Positions 36,281 to 47,659 are shown, counted from the first letter of the stretch. The stretch is 64,000 nt of DNA from an uncultured Verrucomicrobiae bacterium (GCA_963837955.1 CAWIPH010000002.1:3712001-3776000), one strand, 5' to 3'. Notes: a model not told the origin generated them from the letters alone. Made by a program: numbers and translations.

Positions 36281-38971
36281 ATGAATCAACCTTTGCCCGC
36301 GAAACCGAAATGGTTTCTTTCGAGCCCATACTCGATATTTAAGGCCACGCTTTTGGGCATGGCAGTCGCCCTCGCGCCACTCTGGTTTTCTCATTCCGCT
36401 CAAGCAATCGATCCTTTGTTCCTGCACCGGAAAACGTTCATGAGATCGGACGTATTACGGGAGGAGAGAGGAATACGGTTGCCACTGCGAACCAATCAAC
36501 CGCTCCGCGAAGCGGAATCTGTCATTGACCTTTTTGAATCCGGCCCGACCTGGGTTCCACTCGGGCCGAGCCCGATTCCAAATGGCCAGATTCTTGGAAC
36601 TGGACCCGAGGTGCCGGTGAGTGGGCGGGTGAGCGTGATTGCGGTCGATCCCGGCCATCCGAACATTGTGTACGTTGGATGCGCTCAGGGCGGTGTTTTT
36701 CGTTCACTCGACGGCGGCCAGACCTGGGCCTCTTTATTCTTTGGAGCCAAGAATTTCGCTGTCGGGTCGATTACGATTGATCCAACGGATCATGACAGAG
36801 TTTTGGTCGGAACTGGGGAAGGCAACTTGTCAGGCGACAGTCATTTCGGCGTGGGTGTTTATGTGGTAGAGGAAGCGACATCTTGTTTTCCAAACTTGAA
36901 AGGGCCATACCGGCTTGACGCGAATGGAAACGACGTGTTCAGCAATCGGAGTATCGTCAAGATCCTGGTTGATCCAAATGATCCGAACGTTGCGTTCTTT
37001 GCTACTTCATCTGGCGTCGGTGGACTAGGCGCGAACACAGGCGCTGTCTTGCCGCCCCGCGGTCTTTACCGCTCGACGAATTTCCGCAGCGGTCACCCCA
37101 CTTTTGAGCGGCTTCAGGTTGGCCCAGGAACGAACACGATCGTAACCAGCGCGGTGTTGGATTCGAAAGACCCCGATCACTTGGTCTGCAGCGTCTTTGG
37201 CCAAGTCGCCGGTCCACCGACCGATACCGATCCGCAAGGTGGTATTTACTATACTAACAACGCGCTCGACCCAGTGCCTAGCTTCAAACGCGCAACTATC
37301 ACCGGACCCAGCGACAAAAACTTACCTACTTTAACAAATGTCAAGCTGGCGGCTGCGCGCGATCCGGTTTCCGGTGCGCTAATCGTGCTTGCGGCGACCG
37401 ATGAGTTCGCCACTCCGGTCTATGTCGACCAAGGTTTGGTGCGAAAATCGATCGACGGTGGCGTTACGTTTCCGCTCACTCTGCCAGATGGAAACGGGTT
37501 CGCTGGCGGACAGGGCTTTTACAACATTGCGATCGCGATTGACCAAGCAAATCCGTTGAATGTCTACCTAGCTGGTACTGTAAGCGCGGCGGGCGTCGAT
37601 CCCGATGGCCACGGCGGAGGCTACATTTATGGTGACGGACCACCAATTCCTAACCCGACTCCCGGACCGGTGACCGATCCTCTCAACGGCACTGGACCTC
37701 ACAAAGGCGGCGGGACGTTTCAATACTCGAATGACGGAGGAACTAAGTTCATTCCGAGCGTGAAGGGTTTACACGCGGATAGTCATGCCATCGCTATTTC
37801 GCCTTCCTCGCCCAACGTAGTTTATACGGGAAACGACGGTGGCGTGTGGAGGTCAGATGACGGAGGTCGCACTTGGCAGGACATCAATACGTTCGGTTTT
37901 CTGGCGACTCAGTTCGAGAGCATAGCACTGCATCCAACCGACCCACAGTTCACCATTGGTGGAACCCAAGACAATGGCACAATCTTTCGAAAACCGGACG
38001 GCAGTTTCATCAGAGCTGATTTCGGCGACGGCGGCTATGCGCTCATCGATCAAAGCGCGACTGACACAGAGCATGTGACGATGTATCACACCTATTTTAA
38101 CGCGACCGGCTCACTGATAGGATTTGGTCGCGTGCTTAGTGCCTCGTGCGCGACCCCTCCCCTGGGAGGCGAGGGCCAGTGGTCGTTTCACGGAATATAC
38201 ACTGGGCCGGTGAGTACTTTCGTCTACTGCGACGGAAGCACTGACACGTTCAACGGGATCAATATTACCGATAACGTCAACTTCTACGCGCCGATGGCAC
38301 TGGGACCGGGTACGCCGAATACCTTTTATTTTGGCACTGATCGGCTTTATCGTTCCATCGACCGTGGCACGACGATGCAGGTCGTAAGTCAGGCTCCGAT
38401 TCTTCCGTTCGCGCCTCCCTTCCAAGCTCAAGGAGCTACAGTCAGCGCTATTGGTATCTCCCCTTTGAATGATAAGATCCGCTTAGTCGGTCTCCAGACC
38501 GGGAATCTTTTTGCTACAGCAACAGGATCCTCCGCGCTCGTCGAGGTCACCGGGCCACTCCCCGCCCAATATATTACTCGCGTTGTGCTAAGTCCGACCG
38601 ATCCCGATGTTGCGTACGTCGCGTTTAACGGATACGGATTACCTCCCGGTCAACAAGTCTGGAAAACGACTAACCTGGTGAGCGCTTTGAACTCCGGACG
38701 CACACCAGATTGGGAACCGGCAGGCTCCGGTATTCCCGATGTTTCCGTCAACGGTTTGGTAATTGATCCCAAGTTTCCGAATCACCTCTATGCTGGAACG
38801 GACTTTGGTGTATATGCCTCGACGAACGGCGGTACCAATTGGCATCGGTTCGGGGTCGGTTTTCCCCGCGTCGAGGTTTATGACATCCAGTTGCAAGGCA
38901 AGTTCCGCATTTTGCGCGCAGCCACGCACGGGCTAGGGTTCTGGCAGACCTTCTTATTTAAAGACTTCTAG
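36281..38971 (+). CDS. Large secreted BNR/Asp-box beta-propeller protein (GH74/VPS10-like)
   Basis: Repeated S.DGG.TW boxes, SGRV, GGTQDNG, AATHG.G.W. Confidence 0.88.
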   Translation: MNQPLPAKPKWFLSSPYSIFKATLLGMAVALAPLWFSHSAQAIDPLFLHRKTFMRSDVLREERGIRLPLRTNQPLREAESVIDLFESGPTWVPLGPSPIPNGQILGTGPEVPVSGRVSVIAVDPGHPNIVYVGCAQGGVFRSLDGGQTWASLFFGAKNFAVGSITIDPTDHDRVLVGTGEGNLSGDSHFGVGVYVVEEATSCFPNLKGPYRLDANGNDVFSNRSIVKILVDPNDPNVAFFATSSGVGGLGANTGAVLPPRGLYRSTNFRSGHPTFERLQVGPGTNTIVTSAVLDSKDPDHLVCSVFGQVAGPPTDTDPQGGIYYTNNALDPVPSFKRATITGPSDKNLPTLTNVKLAAARDPVSGALIVLAATDEFATPVYVDQGLVRKSIDGGVTFPLTLPDGNGFAGGQGFYNIAIAIDQANPLNVYLAGTVSAAGVDPDGHGGGYIYGDGPPIPNPTPGPVTDPLNGTGPHKGGGTFQYSNDGGTKFIPSVKGLHADSHAIAISPSSPNVVYTGNDGGVWRSDDGGRTWQDINTFGFLATQFESIALHPTDPQFTIGGTQDNGTIFRKPDGSFIRADFGDGGYALIDQSATDTEHVTMYHTYFNATGSLIGFGRVLSASCATPPLGGEGQWSFHGIYTGPVSTFVYCDGSTDTFNGINITDNVNFYAPMALGPGTPNTFYFGTDRLYRSIDRGTTMQVVSQAPILPFAPPFQAQGATVSAIGISPLNDKIRLVGLQTGNLFATATGSSALVEVTGPLPAQYITRVVLSPTDPDVAYVAFNGYGLPPGQQVWKTTNLVSALNSGRTPDWEPAGSGIPDVSVNGLVIDPKFPNHLYAGTDFGVYASTNGGTNWHRFGVGFPRVEVYDIQLQGKFRILRAATHGLGFWQTFLFKDF

Positions 38972-39451
38972 AATTCCCGATCACGAATACCCGGTGTGCG
39001 CGAGTACGCTGGGTGCTTTAGGGAGCAGTTCAGTGGCGTCGGATCCAGGTGAGTCCAGCGTTTCCGATTTTTTCTCGAACGGACTCACGAGCAACTGATC
39101 GAGCCCTATCACGAGGCACAGTCGCAATACTCCGGGCAATCGCAGAAGAACTGCATCAGCCTATTGGGCGATTACTCGCCACCGAGCCTCCAACTAACTC
39201 CATTATTCACATCTGAAACTATGACTTAGAAATAGTAGAAAATTAATGTCAAAAATGGGAATAAATCTTTGGGTCTGAATGCTTGGTTTGTAGTAGACAG
39301 CACTCTTCTAAACTTGGTATCGCTGACTCTATGACTTGATCCATCCAGCAGAACCGAGCATCCGTCCAAAAAACTGTTTCCAGTTTGTGAATCAATAGGG
39401 GTTCTTTTCCTGGGGTGCTCATCTGCCTAAAGCGTCAGTCTGTTTCCATCT

Positions 39452-41926
39452 ATGAGAAGAAAATACTCTTCCGTCCACTGGCTGTTGCGCACATCGATGT
39501 CTGCAATGGCTGTCAGCTTCGGCTGCCTACTATTTGGTGCTCTTTGGCTAACCAGCCTTTCCACCACCTTAGGCGCCGATCCGTCGGTTCCGGCAAATGT
39601 CGATTCGCATCTACAACGTCTGCTTGAGCGGGCGAAAAGCATTAACCTGGCTCCGCACACGTTTGCGACACCGCAAGCTCAGCTGGATACCAGGGATATT
39701 CCGGGGAGATTTGACGCGACTGGCCGGGTGCTAGTTCACATCCATTTGGATGGAACCCAGAGCATCGAGTCAATCGAACGAGCGTTGAATTCGCAGCGCA
39801 TCGAAATGTTGGGGAAGAACGCAACCTACCGCCAGGGTATCATGGCCGCCTACTTAACCCCAGCACAGGTTGAATCCACTGCCCGTTTGGCTGGCGTCCG
39901 CGCGATCACCATGGAGGGAAAGCCGCACACTCATGTCGGAGCGGTGACTTCAGAAGGTGCCGTCGTGCTAAAAACCAACTTAGTGAATAAGCAAGGTATT
40001 AAAGGAGACGGCGTTACGGTCGGTGTCTTATCTGACAGCTTTAATACGGCGCTTCTGAATGTCCAGAGTCCCCCAGCAACAACGGCTGCACAGGATGTGA
40101 CGACTGGAGATCTACCGGTGGTAAATGTCCTTGAGGATTTCACTAATCAGGGATTTGGCGGCACCGATGAAGGTCGGGCCATGTGTCAGATCGTTTACGA
40201 TATGGCGCCGCACTGCAATCTGGCCTTTGCAACTGCATTCGTCAGCGAAGTCGACTTCGCCAACAATATCGTCGCTTTGCGGGCCAAGGCCAATTGCGAC
40301 GTCATTGTTGATGATATCAGCTATTCCGATGATCCGGTTTTCTCCGACGGACTCCTGGCCCAAGCAGTCAATACGGTGGCTACCAGCACTTCCCTACCCG
40401 GTCATCCGGCGGTCTACTGCTCCTCCGCCGGTAACGAAGGCGATAACGGATACGTCAGCACTTACCGGGATCTTAGCGATAATTTTGTCCGCGCGTCTAG
40501 CAACCACGGCAATCTTAAACTGAATGTGACAGACCCAAAGGCGCCGAACTACCTCAATCCCGCACTGACCGCTGGCGGGTGGCACAATTGGAATCCAAAC
40601 GGTGGAACGGAACCGATGACAACTCTGGTCGTTCCTGGCGTTCCCAGCACCTACAATCTGTTTCTGCAGTGGGATGATGCGTTCGATCAAGCACACGGCA
40701 TCACCACCGACTTCAATATTCTCGTTTTCGACGCGGCCGGTAACTACCATCCGGAGCTGAGCGGAACCAGCAATGCGTTTACCATCCAGCAGGCCTACCA
40801 ACAGACCGGCAACCTTCTACTTGGAACGAGCTACCAGGTTGCCATCACCCGGACCAAGAAAAAAGATCCGCTTGCTCCCACTCCGCCGGCTGCTCATCAG
40901 CTCAGCATCCAAACCTTCCTGGACGGGATTGGGAACATTAGCGGCAAATACTTCCATGCCAGCCCTCTGGATGTGCGGACCACGTACGGTCATGCAGCGG
41001 CAAATGGAGCGATTGATGTTGCTGCCTACGTATACGATTGGACCGATGAGAAGCCTTACAAACCAGTTATCGAAGCGTATACATCGCCTGGCCCAGTGGT
41101 GATCTACCTGGATCAGAACGGCAATCGCCTGGCGGTCCCGGAAGTGCGCACGAAACCTGAAGTAGCGGGCGTCGATGGTGTCGGTACTACTTTTTTCGGT
41201 GGGCCGTACGAATCGAATCAGTTTGCGTTTTTTGGCACCAGTGCAGCAGCTCCCCATATCGCCGGGGTTGCCGCCTTGCTGATTCAAGCTGCCGGTGGTC
41301 CTGGGTCGGTTGACCCGGCATTGGTTAAACTCACGTTGGAGGCGACAACCCCAGCCAGAGATATCGATCCCCTCTTTGCCGGGGCACTTGGCGCCAGTTC
41401 TAGCGGATTTGTATCAGTAGGCGCCCAAGGAAGTGCTACCGATGGCCCCAACTATTTTACGGTTTTCTTTGTCGGCGCTCCCGGCCAATCACTCGAGAGT
41501 CTAACTATCGACGCTTCGAATGGTGAACTGATTTTCGACCCATCGGCCCTCAACCCATCTCCGACGATCGGCACGACCAGAGGCATCGCGCCCGGTGACG
41601 TATCATTCGTTACTGGCCCAGCCTCTCCGCTGGTCACGCTCAACTTTAAGCCTGGAAAATTCGTCTCCGGGGCCTCGGTTAGCTTCACGATCGACCAGGA
41701 TAATGCGCTGACTCATGTCTCGGGTGGCCAGTCGGACTATCTCGGTGCGGGGACAAAGTTCACCGCTACTTTTGGCCCGAAGAAGGATAAAGTGATTGCC
41801 AGCTTTCAGAATAACATCGGTACCGGTTTCAACCAGGCCGATGGCTTTGGTTTGGTCGACGCCGAGGCCGCGTATCAATCCATCGTGCAATCTCACTCGC
41901 CGTCTGGCTCGCAGCCAGCTCCATAA
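39452..41926 (+). CDS. Secreted S8 (subtilase) family peptidase
   Basis: VGVLSDS, DEGRAM, SAGN, GTSAAAPH. Confidence 0.92.
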   Translation: MRRKYSSVHWLLRTSMSAMAVSFGCLLFGALWLTSLSTTLGADPSVPANVDSHLQRLLERAKSINLAPHTFATPQAQLDTRDIPGRFDATGRVLVHIHLDGTQSIESIERALNSQRIEMLGKNATYRQGIMAAYLTPAQVESTARLAGVRAITMEGKPHTHVGAVTSEGAVVLKTNLVNKQGIKGDGVTVGVLSDSFNTALLNVQSPPATTAAQDVTTGDLPVVNVLEDFTNQGFGGTDEGRAMCQIVYDMAPHCNLAFATAFVSEVDFANNIVALRAKANCDVIVDDISYSDDPVFSDGLLAQAVNTVATSTSLPGHPAVYCSSAGNEGDNGYVSTYRDLSDNFVRASSNHGNLKLNVTDPKAPNYLNPALTAGGWHNWNPNGGTEPMTTLVVPGVPSTYNLFLQWDDAFDQAHGITTDFNILVFDAAGNYHPELSGTSNAFTIQQAYQQTGNLLLGTSYQVAITRTKKKDPLAPTPPAAHQLSIQTFLDGIGNISGKYFHASPLDVRTTYGHAAANGAIDVAAYVYDWTDEKPYKPVIEAYTSPGPVVIYLDQNGNRLAVPEVRTKPEVAGVDGVGTTFFGGPYESNQFAFFGTSAAAPHIAGVAALLIQAAGGPGSVDPALVKLTLEATTPARDIDPLFAGALGASSSGFVSVGAQGSATDGPNYFTVFFVGAPGQSLESLTIDASNGELIFDPSALNPSPTIGTTRGIAPGDVSFVTGPASPLVTLNFKPGKFVSGASVSFTIDQDNALTHVSGGQSDYLGAGTKFTATFGPKKDKVIASFQNNIGTGFNQADGFGLVDAEAAYQSIVQSHSPSGSQPAP

Positions 41927-41975
41927 GATCTCTCTTTGGGGCAGCGTTAGCGCTGGCTGAACCCGCAGCATTCTT

Positions 41976-42007
41976 AACACCCAGCTTGCACCTGCAAGCT
42001 GGGTGTT
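41976..42007. terminator. Perfect 15-bp hairpin between convergent genes
   Basis: AACACCCAGCTTGCA-CC-TGCAAGCTGGGTGTT. Confidence 0.6.
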
Positions 42008-42194
42008 TGAGGGGGACCAATCGTTTTTCAGTAGCGGCAACAGGCCGTCTATGCTGGAGCTTCTTAAAGGAAGACCTCTGACTTTCTAAGCGCCAATCGA
42101 TTACCATCTGACCAGGAGCCGAAATAAATCCCACCGAGCCCGCAATCGCTCCGGCATCGAACACGACCAATCTAGCCGGACAGTCGCCGCTCCA

Positions 42195-44009
42195 TCACAT
42201 CCGGTCGAGTCGCCGATTTAATTCGAAGGCGGCGCTGATCAAAGCCATGTGAGTGAACGCTTGGGGAAAGTTACCTAGGTGTTCGCCTGAAGGACCAAGT
42301 TCTTCCGCATACAAGCCGACATGATTAGCGTACCCCAGCATCTTTTCGAACAGGAAGCGCGCCTTATGCACATTCCCGCTTCGGGCCAGGCATTCGATAA
42401 ACCAGAACGAACACATACAGAAGGTCCCTTCCGTCCCATCTAGCCCATCGGGGCTCCGGTAACGATAAAGCAGAGAATCGTCCACCAGGTTCTCCTCAAT
42501 CGCCTTCAGAGTAGAGATCCAGCGCGGATCAGTCGGAGCGATGAATCGGACTAACGGCGACAGGAGGCAGGCGGCGTCTAACCAATCACCGTTCTCCACC
42601 TGGACAAAACTCTGCATTTTTTTATTCCAAAAGCGTTCATAAATCCGACGATGGATCTCGTCTCGAGTCTGTAACCAACGCGGCCGGGGCGCGGGATAAC
42701 TTCTCTTGATAGAAAGCCGGGCCGCCCGGTCTACCGCTACCCAACACATTAGCCGGCTATAATAAAAAGCCTGTTGCCCACCCCGAACCTCCCAAATGCC
42801 TTCGTCCGGTCGATCCCAGTTTTCGCAGACCCAATCAATTATTCGGACGATATCACACCAAAGATCGTAACTGAGTTGTTCCCCGAATTTATCGTAGATG
42901 TAGATCGAATCCATCATTTCGCCGTAGATATCTAATTGGAGCTGCTTCGCGGCAGCGTTTCCGATGCGGACCGGTGCGCTACCTCGATAACCGGCGAGAT
43001 GAGGAAGTAATTCTTCGGGGAGTTCATGGCGTCCGTCCATCCCGTACATGATCTGGAGGGGGAGATCCGGCGTGCCTTCTCCGCAACGCGCCTCCAGCCA
43101 CTTTATGAAGGCGCGCGCTTCGTCAGTAAATCCTAACCGGCTCAGTGCGTAGAGCGTAAAACTAGCATCACGGATCCAAGTGAACCGGTAATCCCAATTT
43201 CTGGGGCCGCCGATAAACTCCGGCAAGCCGAAGGTGGGAGCGGCCACGATCGATCCAAATTGCTGGCTGGTTAACAGCTTCAAGACCAAGGCGGAGCGAT
43301 CGACTATCTCTCTCCAACGACCGGTGTAATTTGATCGCCCGATCCAATTTTGCCAAAAATTTAATGTCCGCTTGAATGTTTCCGACTCCCAGCCCGGTTC
43401 CGAACGGGTCTGCGGCCCGCAATCGAGTTCGAGCACAAACGACGCCTTTTCACCTGCGCCCAAAACAAAATCGCTAATAACACCGTCTCTCTCCGGTTTC
43501 AGCGGCGTTTGGGCGCGCAATCGTAAGCTGGAAACGTGGGAACTGTTCGGGACGAATAGCACTTCGGTTTCCGAAACTTGCTGAATCTGATGCGTAGCCC
43601 GGGCGTAATCGAACTGGGGCTCGCAAAACATTTGGAAGCGAACCTCGCCCCGGATGCACTTCGCCCGCCGAATAATTCTTGAGCATTCGTTCCGTTCCGC
43701 TTCTGTACCGACCCGCTCTAAAACCGGCATAAAATCGCTTACCTCCCCGACGCCATCTGGAGACAGAAAGCGCGTGAGGAGAATATTGGTATTCGGAAGG
43801 TAACTCTGCTTTGGTCGACTATTTTGGAGGATCGGTGCGATGGAAAATCGCCCCCCCTTTTCGGCGTCCAAGAGACTGGCAAAAATGGTTGGGGAATCGA
43901 ACTGGGGGAAACAACAGAAGTCGATTGAGCCATCGATTCCAACGAGCGCAACGGTCTGAAGATTGCCGATCACGCCATAGTTCTCGATCGGTTGGTAACC
44001 GTTCGTCAT
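42195..44009 (-). CDS. Glycoside hydrolase family 15 (trehalase/glucoamylase-like)
   Basis: RNWDYRFTWIRD, GIWEVR, GNFPQAFTH. Confidence 0.96.
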   Translation of the reverse strand: MTNGYQPIENYGVIGNLQTVALVGIDGSIDFCCFPQFDSPTIFASLLDAEKGGRFSIAPILQNSRPKQSYLPNTNILLTRFLSPDGVGEVSDFMPVLERVGTEAERNECSRIIRRAKCIRGEVRFQMFCEPQFDYARATHQIQQVSETEVLFVPNSSHVSSLRLRAQTPLKPERDGVISDFVLGAGEKASFVLELDCGPQTRSEPGWESETFKRTLNFWQNWIGRSNYTGRWREIVDRSALVLKLLTSQQFGSIVAAPTFGLPEFIGGPRNWDYRFTWIRDASFTLYALSRLGFTDEARAFIKWLEARCGEGTPDLPLQIMYGMDGRHELPEELLPHLAGYRGSAPVRIGNAAAKQLQLDIYGEMMDSIYIYDKFGEQLSYDLWCDIVRIIDWVCENWDRPDEGIWEVRGGQQAFYYSRLMCWVAVDRAARLSIKRSYPAPRPRWLQTRDEIHRRIYERFWNKKMQSFVQVENGDWLDAACLLSPLVRFIAPTDPRWISTLKAIEENLVDDSLLYRYRSPDGLDGTEGTFCMCSFWFIECLARSGNVHKARFLFEKMLGYANHVGLYAEELGPSGEHLGNFPQAFTHMALISAAFELNRRLDRM

Positions 44010-44234
44010 GACCCGAGCTTAGGGCGCTTGCAGAGATCAAGCAATCTCAACGCGATTGCTTGGATTATCGCTGATGAGAACCGTTCCCAAAATTGTCACA
44101 AAAAAATGCTCGCACGCCGAAACGGAGTAAGACAATCTCTCCGCGCTTGGCGAGGGGAATGACTGTTTTCAGTGCTGAATTCTCATGCGTAAAAGCATTC
44201 ATAACAAAATTTATAATTATTAGAAACCACCTGG

Positions 44235-44741
44235 ATGAGACAGGGAGTAACCGGACTTCTCTTGATATTCTTTTTCCTGCACGAAGCAGGCGTCGCAGCA
44301 GATATTAGCAATTCCAGGGATAACCGCCCGGGTCAGAACGATATTCGCGTCATGGTTCTGGAAGCAAACCTGTTGCGGACCGGGAGAGGTCTCCCGCCGC
44401 TCAGGGTCGATCCAAGTTTGTGTCGAGCTGCCGATCTTCATGCGCACGAAATGGCTGAGCTCAACTTTTTTAGTCACCGCGGGCCGCAACCATTATTCGC
44501 GAGCACGCCTGGGTCCAGAGCCTTTTCTCAAGGTTATTCGTGGGCGCGCATAGCAGAGAATATTTGCGCCGGCTACAGAAGCGTTAGTGAGGCGTTCAAT
44601 AGCTTTGTCTACAGCGGGCCGCATTACCGCAATTTGATGAATCCCGAATTAGAGGATATTGGAATTGGTGTCGCCAAAAGCGCGACTAATCGGATCTATT
44701 GGGTCATGCTGCTGGGACGTCCGTCTTATTTTTGGCGCTAG
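44235..44741 (+). CDS. CAP (SCP) domain protein
   Basis: FFSH, AENI, SGPHYRNL. Confidence 0.9.
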   Translation: MRQGVTGLLLIFFFLHEAGVAADISNSRDNRPGQNDIRVMVLEANLLRTGRGLPPLRVDPSLCRAADLHAHEMAELNFFSHRGPQPLFASTPGSRAFSQGYSWARIAENICAGYRSVSEAFNSFVYSGPHYRNLMNPELEDIGIGVAKSATNRIYWVMLLGRPSYFWR

Positions 44742-44912
44742 GCATCGATCTCGCCAGCCCTTGCGAAATACGGGCGCCGTCGATTGCGAGAGTCTATATC
44801 CGGCTGCGGCGGTGTCCCATGACAGGAAGGAAGGTTTCTTCTTGTTCAAGTTAACAGCCCCTAATTCTCGCATATGCCAAAAGGGGACAGCCGTATAGAC
44901 TAAGAAACCCTT

Positions 44913-45509
44913 ATGGCCATTCTCCATACCATCTATCATAGCGGATTCGGTCACACCAAACTTCAAGCCCAAGCGGTCCACCATGGCGCCTCGTCGGTTT
45001 CCGGCGTACAAACGCATCTCTGGACCTCAGAAGAAGCGATGGCCCGGATCAACGATTTGGATCAAACTGACGCGATGATTTTCGGTTGCCCGACTTACAT
45101 GGGAAGCATGTCCGCCGAAATGAAGAAGTTTGTAGAAGCCACTGCCAGCAAATGGTTCACCCAAGCATGGAAAGATAAGATCGCAGGCGCATTCACTAAC
45201 TCGAGTAATTTTTCCGGCGACAAGATGAATACGCTCTTCGGTCTCATGGTAAATGCGATGCAGCACGGAATGATTTACGTCAGTCTTGGGATGCTTCCCA
45301 CCGCGAATAAACCGGAGTACCTCCAGAGAATCGAGGGTCCCGGCCCTGACGCTTGGAACCGGAGTTCGTCCTCCCTCGGAGCAATGGCATCAAGCTTCGG
45401 CTTGGAACCCGGAAAAGCTCCGTCAACGGGCGATTTGGAAACAGCTGAAGCTTACGGCCGACGAATCGCCGAAATCACCGTGCGGTGGGTCAAAGGCAAG
45501 AGCGGTTGA
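44913..45509 (+). CDS. Flavodoxin/WrbA-like protein
   Basis: YHSGFGHT, GCPTYMG. Confidence 0.93.
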   Translation: MAILHTIYHSGFGHTKLQAQAVHHGASSVSGVQTHLWTSEEAMARINDLDQTDAMIFGCPTYMGSMSAEMKKFVEATASKWFTQAWKDKIAGAFTNSSNFSGDKMNTLFGLMVNAMQHGMIYVSLGMLPTANKPEYLQRIEGPGPDAWNRSSSSLGAMASSFGLEPGKAPSTGDLETAEAYGRRIAEITVRWVKGKSG

Positions 45510-45536
45510 TTTTCAAAGGCTGCCGGGTTGAGGGAG

Positions 45537-45971
45537 CTAGGCGCCTTCTTCCTTGACGGGCTGCACCTGAGATGTCGGCTGAACCTGAGCGCTCAAAGCT
45601 GTTTTCTCTCGCGCGGCGAGCTGCATTTCAAAATGCGAAATGGTTTCGACGTTGGCGAGCCTCTCCTCCAACTCCTTTATGCGAGCATGCAGTCGCTCAT
45701 TTTCTCTACCTTCGACACGCTCACGTTTGCCTCCAAACATCCAGACGCAAACCGTTCCAACTCCGGCCGATGCGACCGCCAGAAATGGCAGAAAGATACC
45801 CAAGCGAGAGAGAGTACAGATCGGGATGGAGAGAGCCACAACCGGAATGATCATTCGCCAGATCCGGCCAATCGCCACGACTCTGGGGTCATCTGGTTTC
45901 TCGGGGACATCCGCCTGATCCACGCGGTTTACAGCAACTTCGGAGGATTGCTTACCGCTTCGCGACGCCAT
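45537..45971 (-). CDS. Small membrane protein with coiled coil
   Basis: Two TM segments plus LEERLANVETI. Confidence 0.7.
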   Translation of the reverse strand: MASRSGKQSSEVAVNRVDQADVPEKPDDPRVVAIGRIWRMIIPVVALSIPICTLSRLGIFLPFLAVASAGVGTVCVWMFGGKRERVEGRENERLHARIKELEERLANVETISHFEMQLAAREKTALSAQVQPTSQVQPVKEEGA

Positions 45972-46087
45972 ATGACGGATGATGAATGAATTCCAATCGG
46001 CTCGCAACCTTGAACTCAATCGAAAGGACGAACCAATCACTCTAAATCTTTGCTAGCATTCCGCTGCCTTCGCTAGATTTTAGTAGC

Positions 46088-47059
46088 ATGCAGGGACTCT
46101 CGATTTGGACAAATCTCCGGCTTACTGATCAGGCTGAAGCATACCTGATCCAAGAAACCCGAAATCATCAATTGATCATCGCACCTCCCGGTCAGGATGT
46201 CCTCCAGGAAGGCGAAACTGACACCCGGCTGAGAGAGTCCGATATCGCATTTGGGCAACCGAACCCCGAAGATTTGAAGATAAGCTCGCGGCTTCGTTGG
46301 GTTCATTTATCAAGTGCCGGATACACTCGCTACGATACGCCGGACCTACGAGCTGCGCTTGGGCAACGGGGAGTCGGGCTCACCAATAGTTCTGAAGTAT
46401 TCTCCGAACCCTGCGCTCAACACGCGCTCGGTTGGCTGCTCGCAGAATCTCGCCAATTTTATCCGGCTTTCCGGATCCAATTGACGACTCGCGCCTGGCC
46501 GCAAAACGAACTGCGGAGCCAGTCGCATTTGTTGGGCGAGAAAACCATTCTGATCGCCGGGTTCGGTTCTATTGGTCGCCGATTAGCCGAGCTGCTCAAG
46601 CCGTTTTCCGCCCGCATCTTTGGCTATCGACGTAATCCAGTTCCGGATCAATTCGCTGAGGTAATCGGACCCGACCGATTGAACGCAGTTCTAGCTGAGG
46701 CAGATCACGTCGTAAATGTTCTTCCGGCCAGCTCGGACACGGTTCATTTTTTTGATTCCGCGCGGTTTGCGAGCATGAAAACCGGCAGCTGTTACTACGC
46801 TATCGGAAGAGGCACAACCACCGATCAAAAGGCCTTAGTGCATACCTTGCGGGCTGGTCATCTGGCGGCGGCTTATCTCGATGTGACGGAACCTGAGCCG
46901 CTCCCGCCAGGTCACGAGCTATGGACTTTGCCTAACTGTTACATCACTCCTCATACCAGCGGCGGACATGCGAACGAGCCGCTGAGGTTAGCACGGCATT
47001 TTGTGGAGAACCTTCGGCGCTTCGAAACTGGAAAGCCGTTGCTCGACCGGGTTTTCTAG
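46088..47059 (+). CDS. D-2-hydroxyacid dehydrogenase
   Basis: GFGSIG, LDVTEPEPLP, ITPH. Confidence 0.93.
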   Translation: MQGLSIWTNLRLTDQAEAYLIQETRNHQLIIAPPGQDVLQEGETDTRLRESDIAFGQPNPEDLKISSRLRWVHLSSAGYTRYDTPDLRAALGQRGVGLTNSSEVFSEPCAQHALGWLLAESRQFYPAFRIQLTTRAWPQNELRSQSHLLGEKTILIAGFGSIGRRLAELLKPFSARIFGYRRNPVPDQFAEVIGPDRLNAVLAEADHVVNVLPASSDTVHFFDSARFASMKTGSCYYAIGRGTTTDQKALVHTLRAGHLAAAYLDVTEPEPLPPGHELWTLPNCYITPHTSGGHANEPLRLARHFVENLRRFETGKPLLDRVF

Positions 47060-47062
47060 TCG

Positions 47063-47659
47063 CTACTGTACCGCTTTGGTGAGCTCTCGATATCGGAAAC
47101 AGCTCACCAAATGATCATTGACCATACCGACTGCCTGCATAAACGAGTAACAGGTTACCGGTCCGAGAAATTGGAACCCGCGAGCTTTCAATTCTGCTGC
47201 CAGGCGCCGCGATGCATCCGTAGAGACGGGCACTTTTGAGAGTGAGGTCCAGCGATTGACCAGGGGACGATCCCCAACGACACCCCACAAAAAGTCCGCC
47301 AAGGATCCAACTTCGACGTTAACCCGAAGTACCGCCTGGGCATTAGCTATGGCCGCCTCGATCTTTTTCCGGTTCCGGATAATCCCGGGATTCTCCAGAA
47401 GCTTGGCGACCTTAGTCGCGTTAAATTTCGCAACGGCCTGAACGTCAAACCCGGCGAACGCCCGCCGAAAGTTCTCGCGTTTCCGTAAAATCGTAATCCA
47501 GCTCAGGCCGCTCTGCATACTTTCCAGAATCAGCATCTCGAAAAGGTGTCGATCGTCTCGCGAGGGGCAACCCCACTCCGTGTCATGGTAGCGAAGATAA
47601 TCGGCGTCAGTGCCGCTCCAAGCACAGCGCTTTCGCGAATCGGGAATTCCAGAGCTCAT
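47063..47659 (-). CDS. tag: DNA-3-methyladenine glycosylase I
   Basis: YHDTEWG, QSGLSW, VNDH..C. Confidence 0.96.
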   Translation of the reverse strand: MSSGIPDSRKRCAWSGTDADYLRYHDTEWGCPSRDDRHLFEMLILESMQSGLSWITILRKRENFRRAFAGFDVQAVAKFNATKVAKLLENPGIIRNRKKIEAAIANAQAVLRVNVEVGSLADFLWGVVGDRPLVNRWTSLSKVPVSTDASRRLAAELKARGFQFLGPVTCYSFMQAVGMVNDHLVSCFRYRELTKAVQ

